Source: an uncultured delta proteobacterium (lineage in GTDB: Bacteria; Myxococcota; Myxococcia; Myxococcales; Myxococcaceae). Taken from it: a DNA stretch of 64,000 bases. Of the stretch, positions 27,967-37,548 are shown piece after piece. Both the position numbers and the translations under genes were made by a program. Each line of letters begins with the position of its first letter. The first letter of the stretch is position 1. The stretch is taken from assembly GCA_963776345.1 (NCBI GenBank), contig CAVZMH010000019.1, positions 256,001 to 320,000 on the forward strand, written 5' to 3'. The notes under the pieces are model-generated. The model was not told the DNA's origin. It did no database searches and saw only the letters and a list, made by a program, of their open reading frames with translations.

Positions 27967-30258
27967 ATGAACGTGAGGGAAGGTGAGGTCCTCCAGCCGG
28001 GCATCGCCGAGTCGCTGCTGGGGGATCGCGTCGTCCGCCATCCGCTCGTCCGCCGCCTGCTCGCGATCGACGCGGAGCGCCGCCTGGTGCTGATGTCGTT
28101 GCTGGTCGGAGCACTGGTGTTCGTTCCCTACGTCGGCGCCGTCGGGCTCTGGGACCCCTGGGAGTCGCACTACGGCGAGGTCGCCCGGGAGATGATCGCC
28201 CGGAACGACTACGTGCATCCGTACTGGGAGAGCAGCTGGTTCTTCTCCAAGCCGCCGCTCACCATGTGGATGGACGTGCCAGGCATGGCGCTGGTCGGGA
28301 CCAACCGGACCGCCGGGAAGCTGGCGCTCTACACCGAATGGGCCACGCGGATGCCCTTCGTCCTCCTGGTGCTCGCCTCGCTGGCGCTGCTGGCGCTCGC
28401 CCTGGGCCGGACGGTGAACCACCGGGTGGGGCTGGCCAGCACGGTGGTGCTCGCCACCATGCCCCTCTTCTTCCTCGTCACCCGGCAGGTGGTCACCGAC
28501 ACGCCGTTCGTCGCCACGCTGATCGCCGCGATGGCCTGCGCCATCATCGCCCTCTTCGACGAGCGGACCCGGCACCGGACCGGGTGGTGGATGGCGTTCT
28601 ACGTGTTCTGCGGGCTGTCCACGCTGGCCAAGGGGCTCCTCGGCGTGGGCCTGCCGGCGGTCATCCTCCTCGCCTACGCGCTGGCCTGCGTCTTCCCCTG
28701 GGACGAGGCGGGCCGCGCCACCCACTGGCGGTGGATGACCAGCTCGGCGTACCGGAAGGCGGTCGCGGCGGGGACGGAGCCGATGCCCGTGCTCTTCGCC
28801 GAGATGTCGCGGATGCGGCTGCTGGCCGGGATCGGGGTGTTCCTGGCCGTCGCCGGTCCCTGGTACGCCGTGATGTGCGCCTTCCCCGACGTGGACAACG
28901 AGGGGAAGACGTTCTTCTACCGCTTCTTCATCCACGACCACCTGAACCGCCTGGTGGAGGGCGTGCACACCACCACCCCGGGCGGGACGTTCATCTACTT
29001 CATCGAGCAGGGGGGTTACGCCATCTTCCCCTGGGTGGCTCTCTTGCCCGGCGCGCTGGCCCTGGTCTCGCCCCTGCGCCTGCGCCAGCTGGACGTGCGA
29101 GGCCGGGTGGCGTTCATCGCCCTCATCTGGGCGCTCTTCACCTTCCTCCTGATGGACGCCTCGGCGACCAAGTTCCACCACTACGTCCTCCCTGTCCTGC
29201 CCGGGGTGGCGATCCTCATCGCGCTCTACATCGACCGGCTGTGGGAGGATGGACCGGCGCCGCACGCGGTGCCGCTGCTGCTCGGCGCGGTGCTGTTCTT
29301 CCTGGTGGCGAAGGACCTCGCCACCACGCCCAAGGACTTCACCGACCTCTTCGTCTACAACTACGAGCGCGCCTACCCGCACGAGCTGGACAGCCGGCCG
29401 GTGGTCTTCGGCTGGTCGCGCCGGCCGCTCATGTCCGGTGACCTGGTCGCCGCGGTGCTGCTCGCGGTGGGCGCCTGGATGACGGTCGGCGCCGGCGGAC
29501 AGGACCGGGCCGAGAAGCTGAAGACGCGGATGCCCGGCCTCCTGGTCGGCGCGGTGGGCCTGACCGCGCTGGGGACGACCAGCATCCCGACCCTGGTGAG
29601 CCCGATGACCGTGCTCGGCTTCCTGGTGCTCGCGGCCGCGGCCCTGGTGCTCTGGGGCGCGATGAGCGGCCCGAGCCCGCACCGCCGCTCGGCGGTCGAG
29701 GTCGCGGTGGTGGGCGCGGTCGTCGGCGCGCTCCTCCTCGGCCTCCCGTCCCTGTCGCCGCGGGTGAACACCCTGGCGCTCAACCTCCGGGCTCCGGTGA
29801 ATCTGAAGATGGGGATGATCTGGGCCTTCACGCTCGGCGGGGTGGCCGCGGCGATCGCGGCGGTGCGGGGGTCGCGCGCCGGCCTGGTGGGGAGCTTCGG
29901 GGCGCTGGCGATGGGGTTCGCGCTCTGGTTCAGCTGGAGCCACTGGGTGGACCTGAGCCACCACTGGACGCAGCGGGACCTGTTCTGGCGCTACTACGAT
30001 CGCCGGAACCCCGGCGAGCCCATCGTCGCGTACATGATGGACTGGAAGGGCGAGACCTTCTACAGCAAGAACACCGTCAAGCAGATCAAGGACAGCCCTG
30101 CCCGCATGGCCGCCTTCGCCAACCTGCCGGGCCGCAAGTGGGCGCTGGTCGAGCACCCGCGGCTGGGGCTGCTCCGCCAGGCGGTGGGCCCGGAGCACCG
30201 CATCGAGCAGGTGGACCGGGATCTCAACGTGAAGTTCGTTCTGGTCACCATCGATTGA
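27967..30258 (+). CDS. ArnT/PMT-family (GT-C) membrane glycosyltransferase
   Basis: LWDPWESHYGEVAREM, FSKPPL, TDTPF, LAKG and TKFHHY motifs with many TM segments. Confidence 0.88.
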   Translation: MNVREGEVLQPGIAESLLGDRVVRHPLVRRLLAIDAERRLVLMSLLVGALVFVPYVGAVGLWDPWESHYGEVAREMIARNDYVHPYWESSWFFSKPPLTMWMDVPGMALVGTNRTAGKLALYTEWATRMPFVLLVLASLALLALALGRTVNHRVGLASTVVLATMPLFFLVTRQVVTDTPFVATLIAAMACAIIALFDERTRHRTGWWMAFYVFCGLSTLAKGLLGVGLPAVILLAYALACVFPWDEAGRATHWRWMTSSAYRKAVAAGTEPMPVLFAEMSRMRLLAGIGVFLAVAGPWYAVMCAFPDVDNEGKTFFYRFFIHDHLNRLVEGVHTTTPGGTFIYFIEQGGYAIFPWVALLPGALALVSPLRLRQLDVRGRVAFIALIWALFTFLLMDASATKFHHYVLPVLPGVAILIALYIDRLWEDGPAPHAVPLLLGAVLFFLVAKDLATTPKDFTDLFVYNYERAYPHELDSRPVVFGWSRRPLMSGDLVAAVLLAVGAWMTVGAGGQDRAEKLKTRMPGLLVGAVGLTALGTTSIPTLVSPMTVLGFLVLAAAALVLWGAMSGPSPHRRSAVEVAVVGAVVGALLLGLPSLSPRVNTLALNLRAPVNLKMGMIWAFTLGGVAAAIAAVRGSRAGLVGSFGALAMGFALWFSWSHWVDLSHHWTQRDLFWRYYDRRNPGEPIVAYMMDWKGETFYSKNTVKQIKDSPARMAAFANLPGRKWALVEHPRLGLLRQAVGPEHRIEQVDRDLNVKFVLVTID

Positions 30259-31175
30259 GCCGCATCGAGGTCCGCTCGCTGTCCAAGCAGTTCGGCCCGC
30301 GCACCGCGGTGGAGGGGCTCGACTTCGACGTCGCCGCGGGCGAGGTGTTCGGGCTGCTCGGACCGAACGGCGCGGGGAAGACCACCACCGTGCGGATGCT
30401 GACCGGGCTCCTCCGTCCCTCGTCCGGACGGGCCACGGTGTGCGGGGTGCCGCTCGACGGCGACGGCGAGGCGCTGCGCTCGCGGGTGGGGCTCCTCACC
30501 GAGCAGCCCGGCCTGTACGACCGGCTCACCGCGCGGGAGAACCTGCGCTTCTTCCTCAAGCTCCACCACCGCGACACCGCCCTGGCCTGGGAGGCGGCCC
30601 GCCGCTGGATGCAGCGCTTCGGGCTGGGCGGCCGCGAGGACGAGCCCTGCGGCACCTTCAGCAAGGGGATGCGGCAGAAGCTGGCGCTGGTCCGGGCGCT
30701 GCTCCACGACCCGCAGGCCATCTTCCTCGACGAGCCCACCAGCGGCCTGGACCCGGAGTCGGCGCGGGCGGTGCGCGAGGCGGTGGGCGAGCTCGCCGCC
30801 GAGGGCCGCACGGTGGTGCTCTGCTCGCACAACATGTCGGAGGTGGAGCGGCTCTGCGCCCGGGTGGCGGTGGTGAAGGGGCGCCTCCTCGCGGTGGGCA
30901 CGGTGCCGGAGCTCCGGCGGCAGACCGGGGTGGTGGAGATCCACGTCGAGGGAAGCGCCGGCGCCGCGGGCGAGGCGCTCGGCCCCCTCGTGCCGCCCTG
31001 CGTGTGGGTGGCCGAGGGGCACGCGCTCCGGGTCACCCTCGAGGGCGGCGTGGCCATCCCCGACGTCGTCGCGCTCCTGGCGCAGGCCCGGGTGCGCATC
31101 CACGCCGTGCTCCCGGCGCAGCGCGCGCTCGAGGACGTCTACCTCGAGCTCACCCGGACGGCGGAGACCACGTGA
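30255..31175 (+). CDS. ABC transporter ATP-binding protein
   Basis: TTG at 30255. Walker A GPNGAGKTT, signature FSKGMRQK, Walker B FLDEPTSGLD. Confidence 0.95.
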   Translation: MSRIEVRSLSKQFGPRTAVEGLDFDVAAGEVFGLLGPNGAGKTTTVRMLTGLLRPSSGRATVCGVPLDGDGEALRSRVGLLTEQPGLYDRLTARENLRFFLKLHHRDTALAWEAARRWMQRFGLGGREDEPCGTFSKGMRQKLALVRALLHDPQAIFLDEPTSGLDPESARAVREAVGELAAEGRTVVLCSHNMSEVERLCARVAVVKGRLLAVGTVPELRRQTGVVEIHVEGSAGAAGEALGPLVPPCVWVAEGHALRVTLEGGVAIPDVVALLAQARVRIHAVLPAQRALEDVYLELTRTAETT

Positions 31176-31972
31176 GCTTCCGGACGCACCGGGCGCTGGC
31201 GGTGGCCTGGAAGGAGGCGCTGGACCTCCGGAAGAACCCCGGACTCCTGGCGAGCATGCTCGCCCTGCCGGCGGTTCTGGTGGTCGTCCCGACGCTGGTG
31301 GTGTGGAGCTACGTGCGGCACCCGGACGACGTGTCGTTCCGCACCATCGCGCTCTACTACGATCCCAACCTCCCGCTCTCGACGAACGCGGCCCGCTTCC
31401 TCATCGACAAGCTGCTCGCCGACTGGTTCGGGCTGTTCCTGCTCATGCCGGTGTTCGTGCCGATCCTCATCTCCTCGCAGAGCGTGGCCGGCGAGAAGGA
31501 ACGGCGCACGCTCGAGCCGCTGCTCGCCTCGCCGGTGAGCGCCGCCGAGCTGGTGGCGGGGAAGAGCCTGGCCTCGGTGGTGCCGGCGGTGGCCATCTCC
31601 TGGCTGGCGTTCGTCGCCTTCGCCATCGCGGTGGACGCCGTCGCCTGGCCGCTGGTCCAGGGCCCGGTGCTCCCCAACGCCATGTGGCTGTTCGGGGTGG
31701 GCGTGGTGGCGCCGCTGTTCGCCTTCCTGGGCAACGGCCTGGCGGTTCTGGTCTCGGCGCGCGTGGGCGAGGCCCGGATGGCGCAGCAGCTGTCGGCCCT
31801 GGTGGTGCTTCCGCTGATGGGCCTGGTGGGCGGGCAGCTCGCGGGGTGGATCCGCGCCGGCACCGGGTACTACGCAGTGCAGGGCGCGGTGGTGCTGGTG
31901 CTCGACATCCTGCTCCTCCGGGCCAGCGTCCGGCTGTTCGATCGCGAGCGGCTGGTCAGCCGCTGGACCTGA
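31172..31972 (+). CDS. ABC-2 type transporter permease
   Basis: GTG at 31172. AGEKERRTLEPLLASPVS..EL..GK motif with ~6 TM segments. Confidence 0.92.
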   Translation: MSFRTHRALAVAWKEALDLRKNPGLLASMLALPAVLVVVPTLVVWSYVRHPDDVSFRTIALYYDPNLPLSTNAARFLIDKLLADWFGLFLLMPVFVPILISSQSVAGEKERRTLEPLLASPVSAAELVAGKSLASVVPAVAISWLAFVAFAIAVDAVAWPLVQGPVLPNAMWLFGVGVVAPLFAFLGNGLAVLVSARVGEARMAQQLSALVVLPLMGLVGGQLAGWIRAGTGYYAVQGAVVLVLDILLLRASVRLFDRERLVSRWT

Positions 31973-32037
31973 AATCTGGGGCCGGGGCGTCCGGCACCCG
32001 GGGACTCGCAACGCCGCGTGCTCCTGTGCGATCCTGG

Positions 32038-32053
32038 TGGCACGGAAGGCGCA
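32038..32053 (+). promoter_or_regulatory. Putative sigma-54 (-24/-12) promoter
   Basis: TGGCACG-GAAG-GCGCA with exact GG-N10-GC spacing, 64 nt upstream of the SPFH gene. Confidence 0.55.
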
Positions 32054-32116
32054 AGGAGCAATGCCTGTTGCCGGGCGCCGTGATCTCCGCGAAGTCCCCC
32101 GTCCGGGAGGTTCGCC

Positions 32117-33205
32117 TTGGGTCTGTTCGACGCTTTGAAGGGTGAAAGCCAGCGCATCTTCATCGCCCGCAGCGACGCGGCGAAGAACGACATCATCTAC
32201 GCCTATCCGGAGCGAAACGTCCGGATGATGACCCAGCTCACGGTCGGCGCGGACGAGGTCGCCGTCTTCGTCAAGGACGGGGTGCTGCAGGGGAAGCTCG
32301 GCCCCGGTCGGCACACGCTGGAGACGCAGAACATTCCCTTCCTCGGGCGGCTGGTGGAGGTGGCGACCGGCGGCAACCTCTTCGTCTCCGAGATCTACTT
32401 CGTCAGCGTGCGCGAGTTCCCGGGCGTGAAGTTCGGCGGACCGATCGGCGACGTGCGCGACCCCGACACCGGCCTGGGCATCGGGACGATGGTCTACGGC
32501 GACTTCTCGGTGAAGGTGACCGACCCCGAGAAGCTGATCCTCGGCCTGGTGGGCCTGCGACGGACGAGCAACGAGGAGTTCCTGGCCTGGTTCAAGAGCC
32601 AGGTGCTCAAGGTGGTGCGGGACCACATCGCCGAGCTGCTGGTGAAGAAGAAGTGGGCACTGCTCGACGTGACCTCCGGCGCGTTCACCGAGGAGATCGA
32701 GCAGGACGTGCTCTCGGGCTTCAGGCCGCACGTCGACGGCTACGGCCTCACCGTCGTCCGGATGGGCAACTTCATCGTCTCGATCAAGGACGAGGACGAG
32801 GCCACCCTCAAGCGGCTGACGAAGGACACCGCGTACAGCAAGCTCGCCGGCGGCTTCCAGCAGTACGCGCAGGGGCAGGCGATGCTCGGCGCCGCCGAGG
32901 GCATGGCGAAGGGCGGGGAGGGCGGCGGGAGTGCGCTGCAGGGCGCGGGGCTCGGCGTCGGGTTCGGGATGGCGCAGGCGTTCCAGCAGGGGCAGCAGCG
33001 TCCCCCTGCGGCGCCCGCGGCTCCGGCGCCGGTGGCGGCCGCCGGGACACCGTGCCCGAAGTGCGGAACGCCCGGGACCGGCAAGTTCTGCGGGAACTGC
33101 GGCGAGCCGCTGGCCCCGGTGACGAGGAAGTGCACCGAGTGTGGATCGGACCTCGGGCCCGGGGCGAAGTTCTGCGGCAACTGCGGGAAGCCGACGGCGG
33201 GCTGA
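32117..33205 (+). CDS. SPFH/band-7-like protein with C-terminal double zinc ribbon
   Basis: QLTVGADEVAVFVKDG..GPGRHTL.T.NIPFL N-terminus. C-terminal CPKC, FCGNCG, CTEC, FCGNCG. GGGAGG RBS before TTG. Confidence 0.88.
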   Translation: MGLFDALKGESQRIFIARSDAAKNDIIYAYPERNVRMMTQLTVGADEVAVFVKDGVLQGKLGPGRHTLETQNIPFLGRLVEVATGGNLFVSEIYFVSVREFPGVKFGGPIGDVRDPDTGLGIGTMVYGDFSVKVTDPEKLILGLVGLRRTSNEEFLAWFKSQVLKVVRDHIAELLVKKKWALLDVTSGAFTEEIEQDVLSGFRPHVDGYGLTVVRMGNFIVSIKDEDEATLKRLTKDTAYSKLAGGFQQYAQGQAMLGAAEGMAKGGEGGGSALQGAGLGVGFGMAQAFQQGQQRPPAAPAAPAPVAAAGTPCPKCGTPGTGKFCGNCGEPLAPVTRKCTECGSDLGPGAKFCGNCGKPTAG

Positions 33206-33267
33206 GCGGGCCCGCGTGGGCCGGCGGTCGCATCTGCCCGAGCGCTCTGGCTCGGGATCGTCCTGAC

Positions 33268-35091
33268 TCAAAAACATCCAAAACAAACGGTGCCGGCATC
33301 CGGCGCCCCGGGGGTCTGTGCCGGGGTGAGTGGCGTCGCCGCCGTGGCCGGGGCGGTCCCGCTCGAGGTCGACGTGGGCGCGGGCGACGCCGAAAGAGGA
33401 GCGGCGGGCGCAGCGGGGGCGATCGTCGGGGCGGCCGCCTTCGTCGTCGGCGGCGCCGCTCGGGGCGCCCCCGTGCCCTCCGGAGTTGCGCCCGACAGCC
33501 GTGCCGTGACGGCGGCGACGAACGCGTCCGCCGAGAGCCCGGTGTCCCCGAGCGCACGGGCGAGCCCCTCCGCGTCGAGCCCGTTCCCCGGGGCGAGCAG
33601 CGGCTTCAGGAATGCGCCGGCCGCGGCAGCCTCCCACCAGCCCGCCCCGAACTTCCGGACCAGCGCCGCGCGGAGCTGCGCGCCCAGCAGCCATCCACGG
33701 AGGTAGTCCGCCGCCCCGAGCGTCGCCTCCTGGTCCAGCGTGAAGCGGGCCTGGTCCTGCGCCGTCCCCGGCAGCCCGTAGGCCCGGTCCATCGTCGTCC
33801 GGTACGCGCCGCGCACGTCCGCACCCGGCCGCGCGGCGGCGACGTTGAACAGGATCTTCCCCGCGGCCCGGCGCGCCAGGAAGAGCTCCTGCACCGCGAC
33901 GCCCTGGATCCACGTCCTGCTCGCCTCGGGCGAGAGCCCCGTCTGCTCCAGCCAGGCCGGCTCGGTGGTCAGCGACTCGAGGAGCGCGGCGAAGGCCTCG
34001 GCGTTGGTCCGGTTCCCGAGCTTCGCCAGCTCGAACCGCCGCTCCTCGGTGAAGGCGTCGTGGACCGCGTGGCCGAACTCGTGCAGGGAGCTACGCTGGT
34101 CCCGGGCGCCGCCCACCGGCCTGAGCGAGATGCGCACGTCGGTCGGCACCACCACCCCGAGCACCAGCCCGCGGGGGTTCTTCTTCGGGGCGTCGCCCGC
34201 GTCGAGGGTGACCGACTTCAGCGCCGCCGGGTCGAGCTGCAGCGGCCCCAGCGTGGCGCGGATCCGCGAGACCACCTCCGCCCGCTTGAATCCCTCGGTC
34301 GCGGGCAGGCGCACCAGCCGCGGGAGGTCCTGCCGCCCGATGCGGTCCAGCGGGAGCTGCAGCTCGCGCTGCGCGAGCCGGGTCAGGGTCGCCGTCCAGG
34401 CGTCCTGGGTCCGGTTCAGCACGGTCTCCGCCAGGGCGCCGAGCTGGTCCGGCGTCGCCTCGCGCAGCTCCGCGGTCCAGGCGGCGGGCTGCAGATTGAG
34501 CGTCGGCAGGAGCTCGGCCGCGCGGGCGCCACGCCGCTCGATCAGGGCCGAGACCTTCTCCACCGCGGGCGTGGCGGCCTCGTAGATCTGCCGCCGGCGG
34601 AGCGCGCTCCGCTCGCCGGAGAGGATCGACTCGAGATTCCGGTAAGGCCGGTCGGTGCCCGCGACCTGGAAGGTCAGCGACTGCTCGACCGTGGCGATGC
34701 CGTCGGACAGGTCCACGAGCTGCTGGGCCATCCACTCCCCGGCGAGGTAGGCGTGGAGGTGCTCCAGCGCCCGGCGCTCGCGCGCATCCGTGGTCAGCCC
34801 GCGCAGCCGCGCCACCTGCGCCACGGCCTCGGGAGTGAGCCAGGCCTCCGTCCCCACGTACGTCCTGGCCAGGTCCGCTGGGATGCCCTCGGTCCAGTGC
34901 TTCCACACCAGCTCGTCCTGAGTGCGGAGGAGCGCCTCGGCCTTCGCCGACAGCTCCGCCACCGCCGGGCCGAGCGCCTCGCGCTCCGGCGTCCGGGAAG
35001 GGAACTTCGCCGCCGGCGGCGGAGCGACGGGCTGGCTGGCGCAGGAGGCGAGGACCAGCGCGAGGAGGAGGTGCGAGGGCCGTGGACGCAT
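33268..35091 (-). CDS. Lipoprotein, M3/gluzincin-like metallopeptidase
   Basis: Lipobox LASC, HEFGH zinc motif with downstream Glu (NAEAF), Ala/Thr/Pro-rich C-terminal tail. Confidence 0.72.
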   Translation of the reverse strand: MRPRPSHLLLALVLASCASQPVAPPPAAKFPSRTPEREALGPAVAELSAKAEALLRTQDELVWKHWTEGIPADLARTYVGTEAWLTPEAVAQVARLRGLTTDARERRALEHLHAYLAGEWMAQQLVDLSDGIATVEQSLTFQVAGTDRPYRNLESILSGERSALRRRQIYEAATPAVEKVSALIERRGARAAELLPTLNLQPAAWTAELREATPDQLGALAETVLNRTQDAWTATLTRLAQRELQLPLDRIGRQDLPRLVRLPATEGFKRAEVVSRIRATLGPLQLDPAALKSVTLDAGDAPKKNPRGLVLGVVVPTDVRISLRPVGGARDQRSSLHEFGHAVHDAFTEERRFELAKLGNRTNAEAFAALLESLTTEPAWLEQTGLSPEASRTWIQGVAVQELFLARRAAGKILFNVAAARPGADVRGAYRTTMDRAYGLPGTAQDQARFTLDQEATLGAADYLRGWLLGAQLRAALVRKFGAGWWEAAAAGAFLKPLLAPGNGLDAEGLARALGDTGLSADAFVAAVTARLSGATPEGTGAPRAAPPTTKAAAPTIAPAAPAAPLSASPAPTSTSSGTAPATAATPLTPAQTPGAPDAGTVCFGCF

Positions 35092-35122
35092 GAAGGGGCG
35101 AACTGTACCGTCGGCCGCCGGG

Positions 35123-36109
35123 ATGCCCAATCCTTCGCAGTGGGCGGCGGCGCGTGCCCGCCAGGTGCTCCAGCGCGCGATCCGCGAGCAGCTCGAGGCG
35201 CTCGGCTACCGGGAGGTCGAGACGCCGCTCCTGGTCCCGGCGCCGGGGATGGAGCCGCACATCCGGGCCTTCGAGGTGCCCTTCGTGCCCGAGACCGACC
35301 TCGGACGGGCGCGCACGCTCTATCTCCACACCAGCCCGGAGTACGCGATGAAGCGGCTCCTGGCGGACGGCTCGGGGCCGATCTTCCAGATCTGCAAGGT
35401 CTTCCGGAACGGCGAGGTCAGCCCGACGCACAACCCCGAGTTCACGATGCTCGAGCTCTACCGGCCGCAGGCCGAGTACCGGGCGATCATGGACGACCTC
35501 GAGTCCACGCTCGCCGCAGCGGCGACGGCGCTCGAGAGGCCCCACCTGTTCGGGCAGCGCCCCTACGAGCGGGTCACGGTGCGCGAGGCGATGCGCCGGC
35601 AGACCGGCATCGATCTCCGCGAGGCGTCGGACGCGACGACCCTCGCCGAGGCTGCGCGGCGGGTGGGAGTCCGCACCGAGGCCGGGGATGGCTTCGACGA
35701 CGTCTTCTTCCGCCTCTTCCTGGAACGGGTGGAGCCGCGACTCGGACGTGACCGGCCGGCCTTTCTGATCGACTATCCGGCCTCGATGGCCGCGCTCGCC
35801 CGGCTCAGCCCTCAGGACCCCTCGGTGGCGGAGCGGTTCGAGCTGTACGCCCAGGGGCTCGAGCTGGCGAACGGCTTCTCCGAGCTCACCGATGCGGTGG
35901 AGCAGCGCCGCCGCCTGGAGGAGGAGCGCGCGTTCCGGATGGCCCGCGGCCGGCCTGCCTACCCGCTCGACGAGGCCTTCCTCGAGGCGGTGGGCCGGAT
36001 GCCGGCCTCGGGCGGGGTGGCGATCGGGCTGGACCGGGTGCTGATGCTCCTCCTCGGGGCGGAGCGCATCGAGGACGTCCTCCTCTTCCCGGCGCACGCG
36101 TTCATATGA
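35123..36109 (+). CDS. epmA: EF-P lysine aminoacylase EpmA/GenX
   Basis: EVETP, LHTSPEYAMKRLLA, FRNGE..HNPEFTMLE.Y, ELANGFSELTD and G.A.GLDR motifs; no anticodon-binding domain. Confidence 0.93.
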   Translation: MPNPSQWAAARARQVLQRAIREQLEALGYREVETPLLVPAPGMEPHIRAFEVPFVPETDLGRARTLYLHTSPEYAMKRLLADGSGPIFQICKVFRNGEVSPTHNPEFTMLELYRPQAEYRAIMDDLESTLAAAATALERPHLFGQRPYERVTVREAMRRQTGIDLREASDATTLAEAARRVGVRTEAGDGFDDVFFRLFLERVEPRLGRDRPAFLIDYPASMAALARLSPQDPSVAERFELYAQGLELANGFSELTDAVEQRRRLEEERAFRMARGRPAYPLDEAFLEAVGRMPASGGVAIGLDRVLMLLLGAERIEDVLLFPAHAFI

Positions 36110-36846
36110 TCGGCCGGGAGCTGCTCCACACGGTGGCGACCTACGCGGCGGTGGGGAGCAGCGCCGTCATCGGCCCGATGGTCGTCGTTCTCTCGCCCCG
36201 GCACCCCGAGCGCGCGGATGCGGTGATCCGCGTCTGGTGCAACGCGGTGCTCGGGGCGGCGGCGGTGCGCGAGGAGGTCCACGGGCTCGAGAACCTCTCG
36301 CAGGGGACGTGTGTCTTCGTCTCCAACCACCAGTCGAACTTCGACGCGCCGTTCATCTTCGCCCGGCTCCCGAGGCACATCCGGTTCGTGGCCAAGCAAG
36401 AGGTCTACCGGATCCCCATCTTCGGCGCGGCGGTGAAGGCGATGGGAAACATCCGCGTCGAGCGCACCGGGAGCGACGCCGATCACCAGAGGATCGGGGC
36501 GGCGGTGGAGCAGGTCCGCACCCGCACCAGCATCCTCTTCTTCGCCGAGGGCACCCGCAGCCCCGACGGGGTGCTCCGGACGTTCAAGAAGGGGGCGGCG
36601 ATCCTCGCCATCGACGCGCAGGTGCCGCTGGTCCCGCTGGCCGTGGCCGGGGCGCACCAGATCACCCCCAAGGGCGGGCTCTGGGTCCACTCGGGGCGGC
36701 CGCTGGTCCTCTGCGTCGGACGGCCGATTCCCACCGCCGGGCTCACCCGCGCCGACCGTGACAGCCTGACGGAGCAGGCGCACGATGCGGTGGCTGCGCT
36801 CCTCGAGCAGGGGAACCGGCGGGTGGAGGAGATGCTTCGAACATGA
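36106..36846 (+). CDS. plsC: 1-acyl-sn-glycerol-3-phosphate acyltransferase family
   Basis: NHQSNFD (HX4D), FVAKQE, FAEGTRS and FKKGA motifs. Confidence 0.88.
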   Translation: MIGRELLHTVATYAAVGSSAVIGPMVVVLSPRHPERADAVIRVWCNAVLGAAAVREEVHGLENLSQGTCVFVSNHQSNFDAPFIFARLPRHIRFVAKQEVYRIPIFGAAVKAMGNIRVERTGSDADHQRIGAAVEQVRTRTSILFFAEGTRSPDGVLRTFKKGAAILAIDAQVPLVPLAVAGAHQITPKGGLWVHSGRPLVLCVGRPIPTAGLTRADRDSLTEQAHDAVAALLEQGNRRVEEMLRT

Positions 36847-37541
36847 GCGCCGGCAAGGACAGGGAGACCCTCGAGCGGCTGCTGGCGATGCGCTTCGCCG
36901 CGCACCCCTGGCACGGAGTTCCGATCGGAGACAGAGCCCCGGAGGAGGTGACGGTCTACGTGGAGATCGTCCCCACCGACTCGATCAAGTACGAGCTGGA
37001 CAAGGCGACCGGCCACCTCCGGATCGACCGGCCGCAGCTCTACTCGAGCTTCTCGCCCACGCTCTACGGCTTCATCCCCCAGACGTTCTGCGGCGTGTCG
37101 GTGGGGGCACGCTGTGCCGAGCGCACCGGACGCGCCCACGTGGATGGCGACGGCGACCCGATGGACATCTGCGTGCTCAGCGAGCGCGACGTGAGCCACT
37201 CGGGCGTGCTGCTCCGGGCGCGGCCCATCGGCGGGCTGCGGATGATCGACGGCAACCAAGCGGACGACAAGCTCATCGCCGTGCTCGCCGGAGACACCGC
37301 GTTCGGCCATCTGGGCGACGTCGGCGAGCTGCCTCCCGGGGTCCTGGACCGCTTCCGGCACTACTTCCTCACCTACAAGCAGATGCCGGGAGAGAAGCGG
37401 CCGGTGGAGATCCCCGAGGTCTACGACCGCGCCGAGGCGCAGGAGATGGTCCGCCGGAGCCAGGCGGACTACGCGCGCGAGTTCGGCCAGCCATCCGAGC
37501 GGATCGACGCGCTGCTCGGGCTCCTGGGACTGCCGGGATGA
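36843..37541 (+). CDS. ppa: Family I inorganic pyrophosphatase
   Basis: HPWHG, KYELDK, YGFIPQT, DGDPMD, DDKL and FLTYK motifs. Confidence 0.93.
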   Translation: MSAGKDRETLERLLAMRFAAHPWHGVPIGDRAPEEVTVYVEIVPTDSIKYELDKATGHLRIDRPQLYSSFSPTLYGFIPQTFCGVSVGARCAERTGRAHVDGDGDPMDICVLSERDVSHSGVLLRARPIGGLRMIDGNQADDKLIAVLAGDTAFGHLGDVGELPPGVLDRFRHYFLTYKQMPGEKRPVEIPEVYDRAEAQEMVRRSQADYAREFGQPSERIDALLGLLGLPG

Positions 37542-37548
37542 CCGGGGC

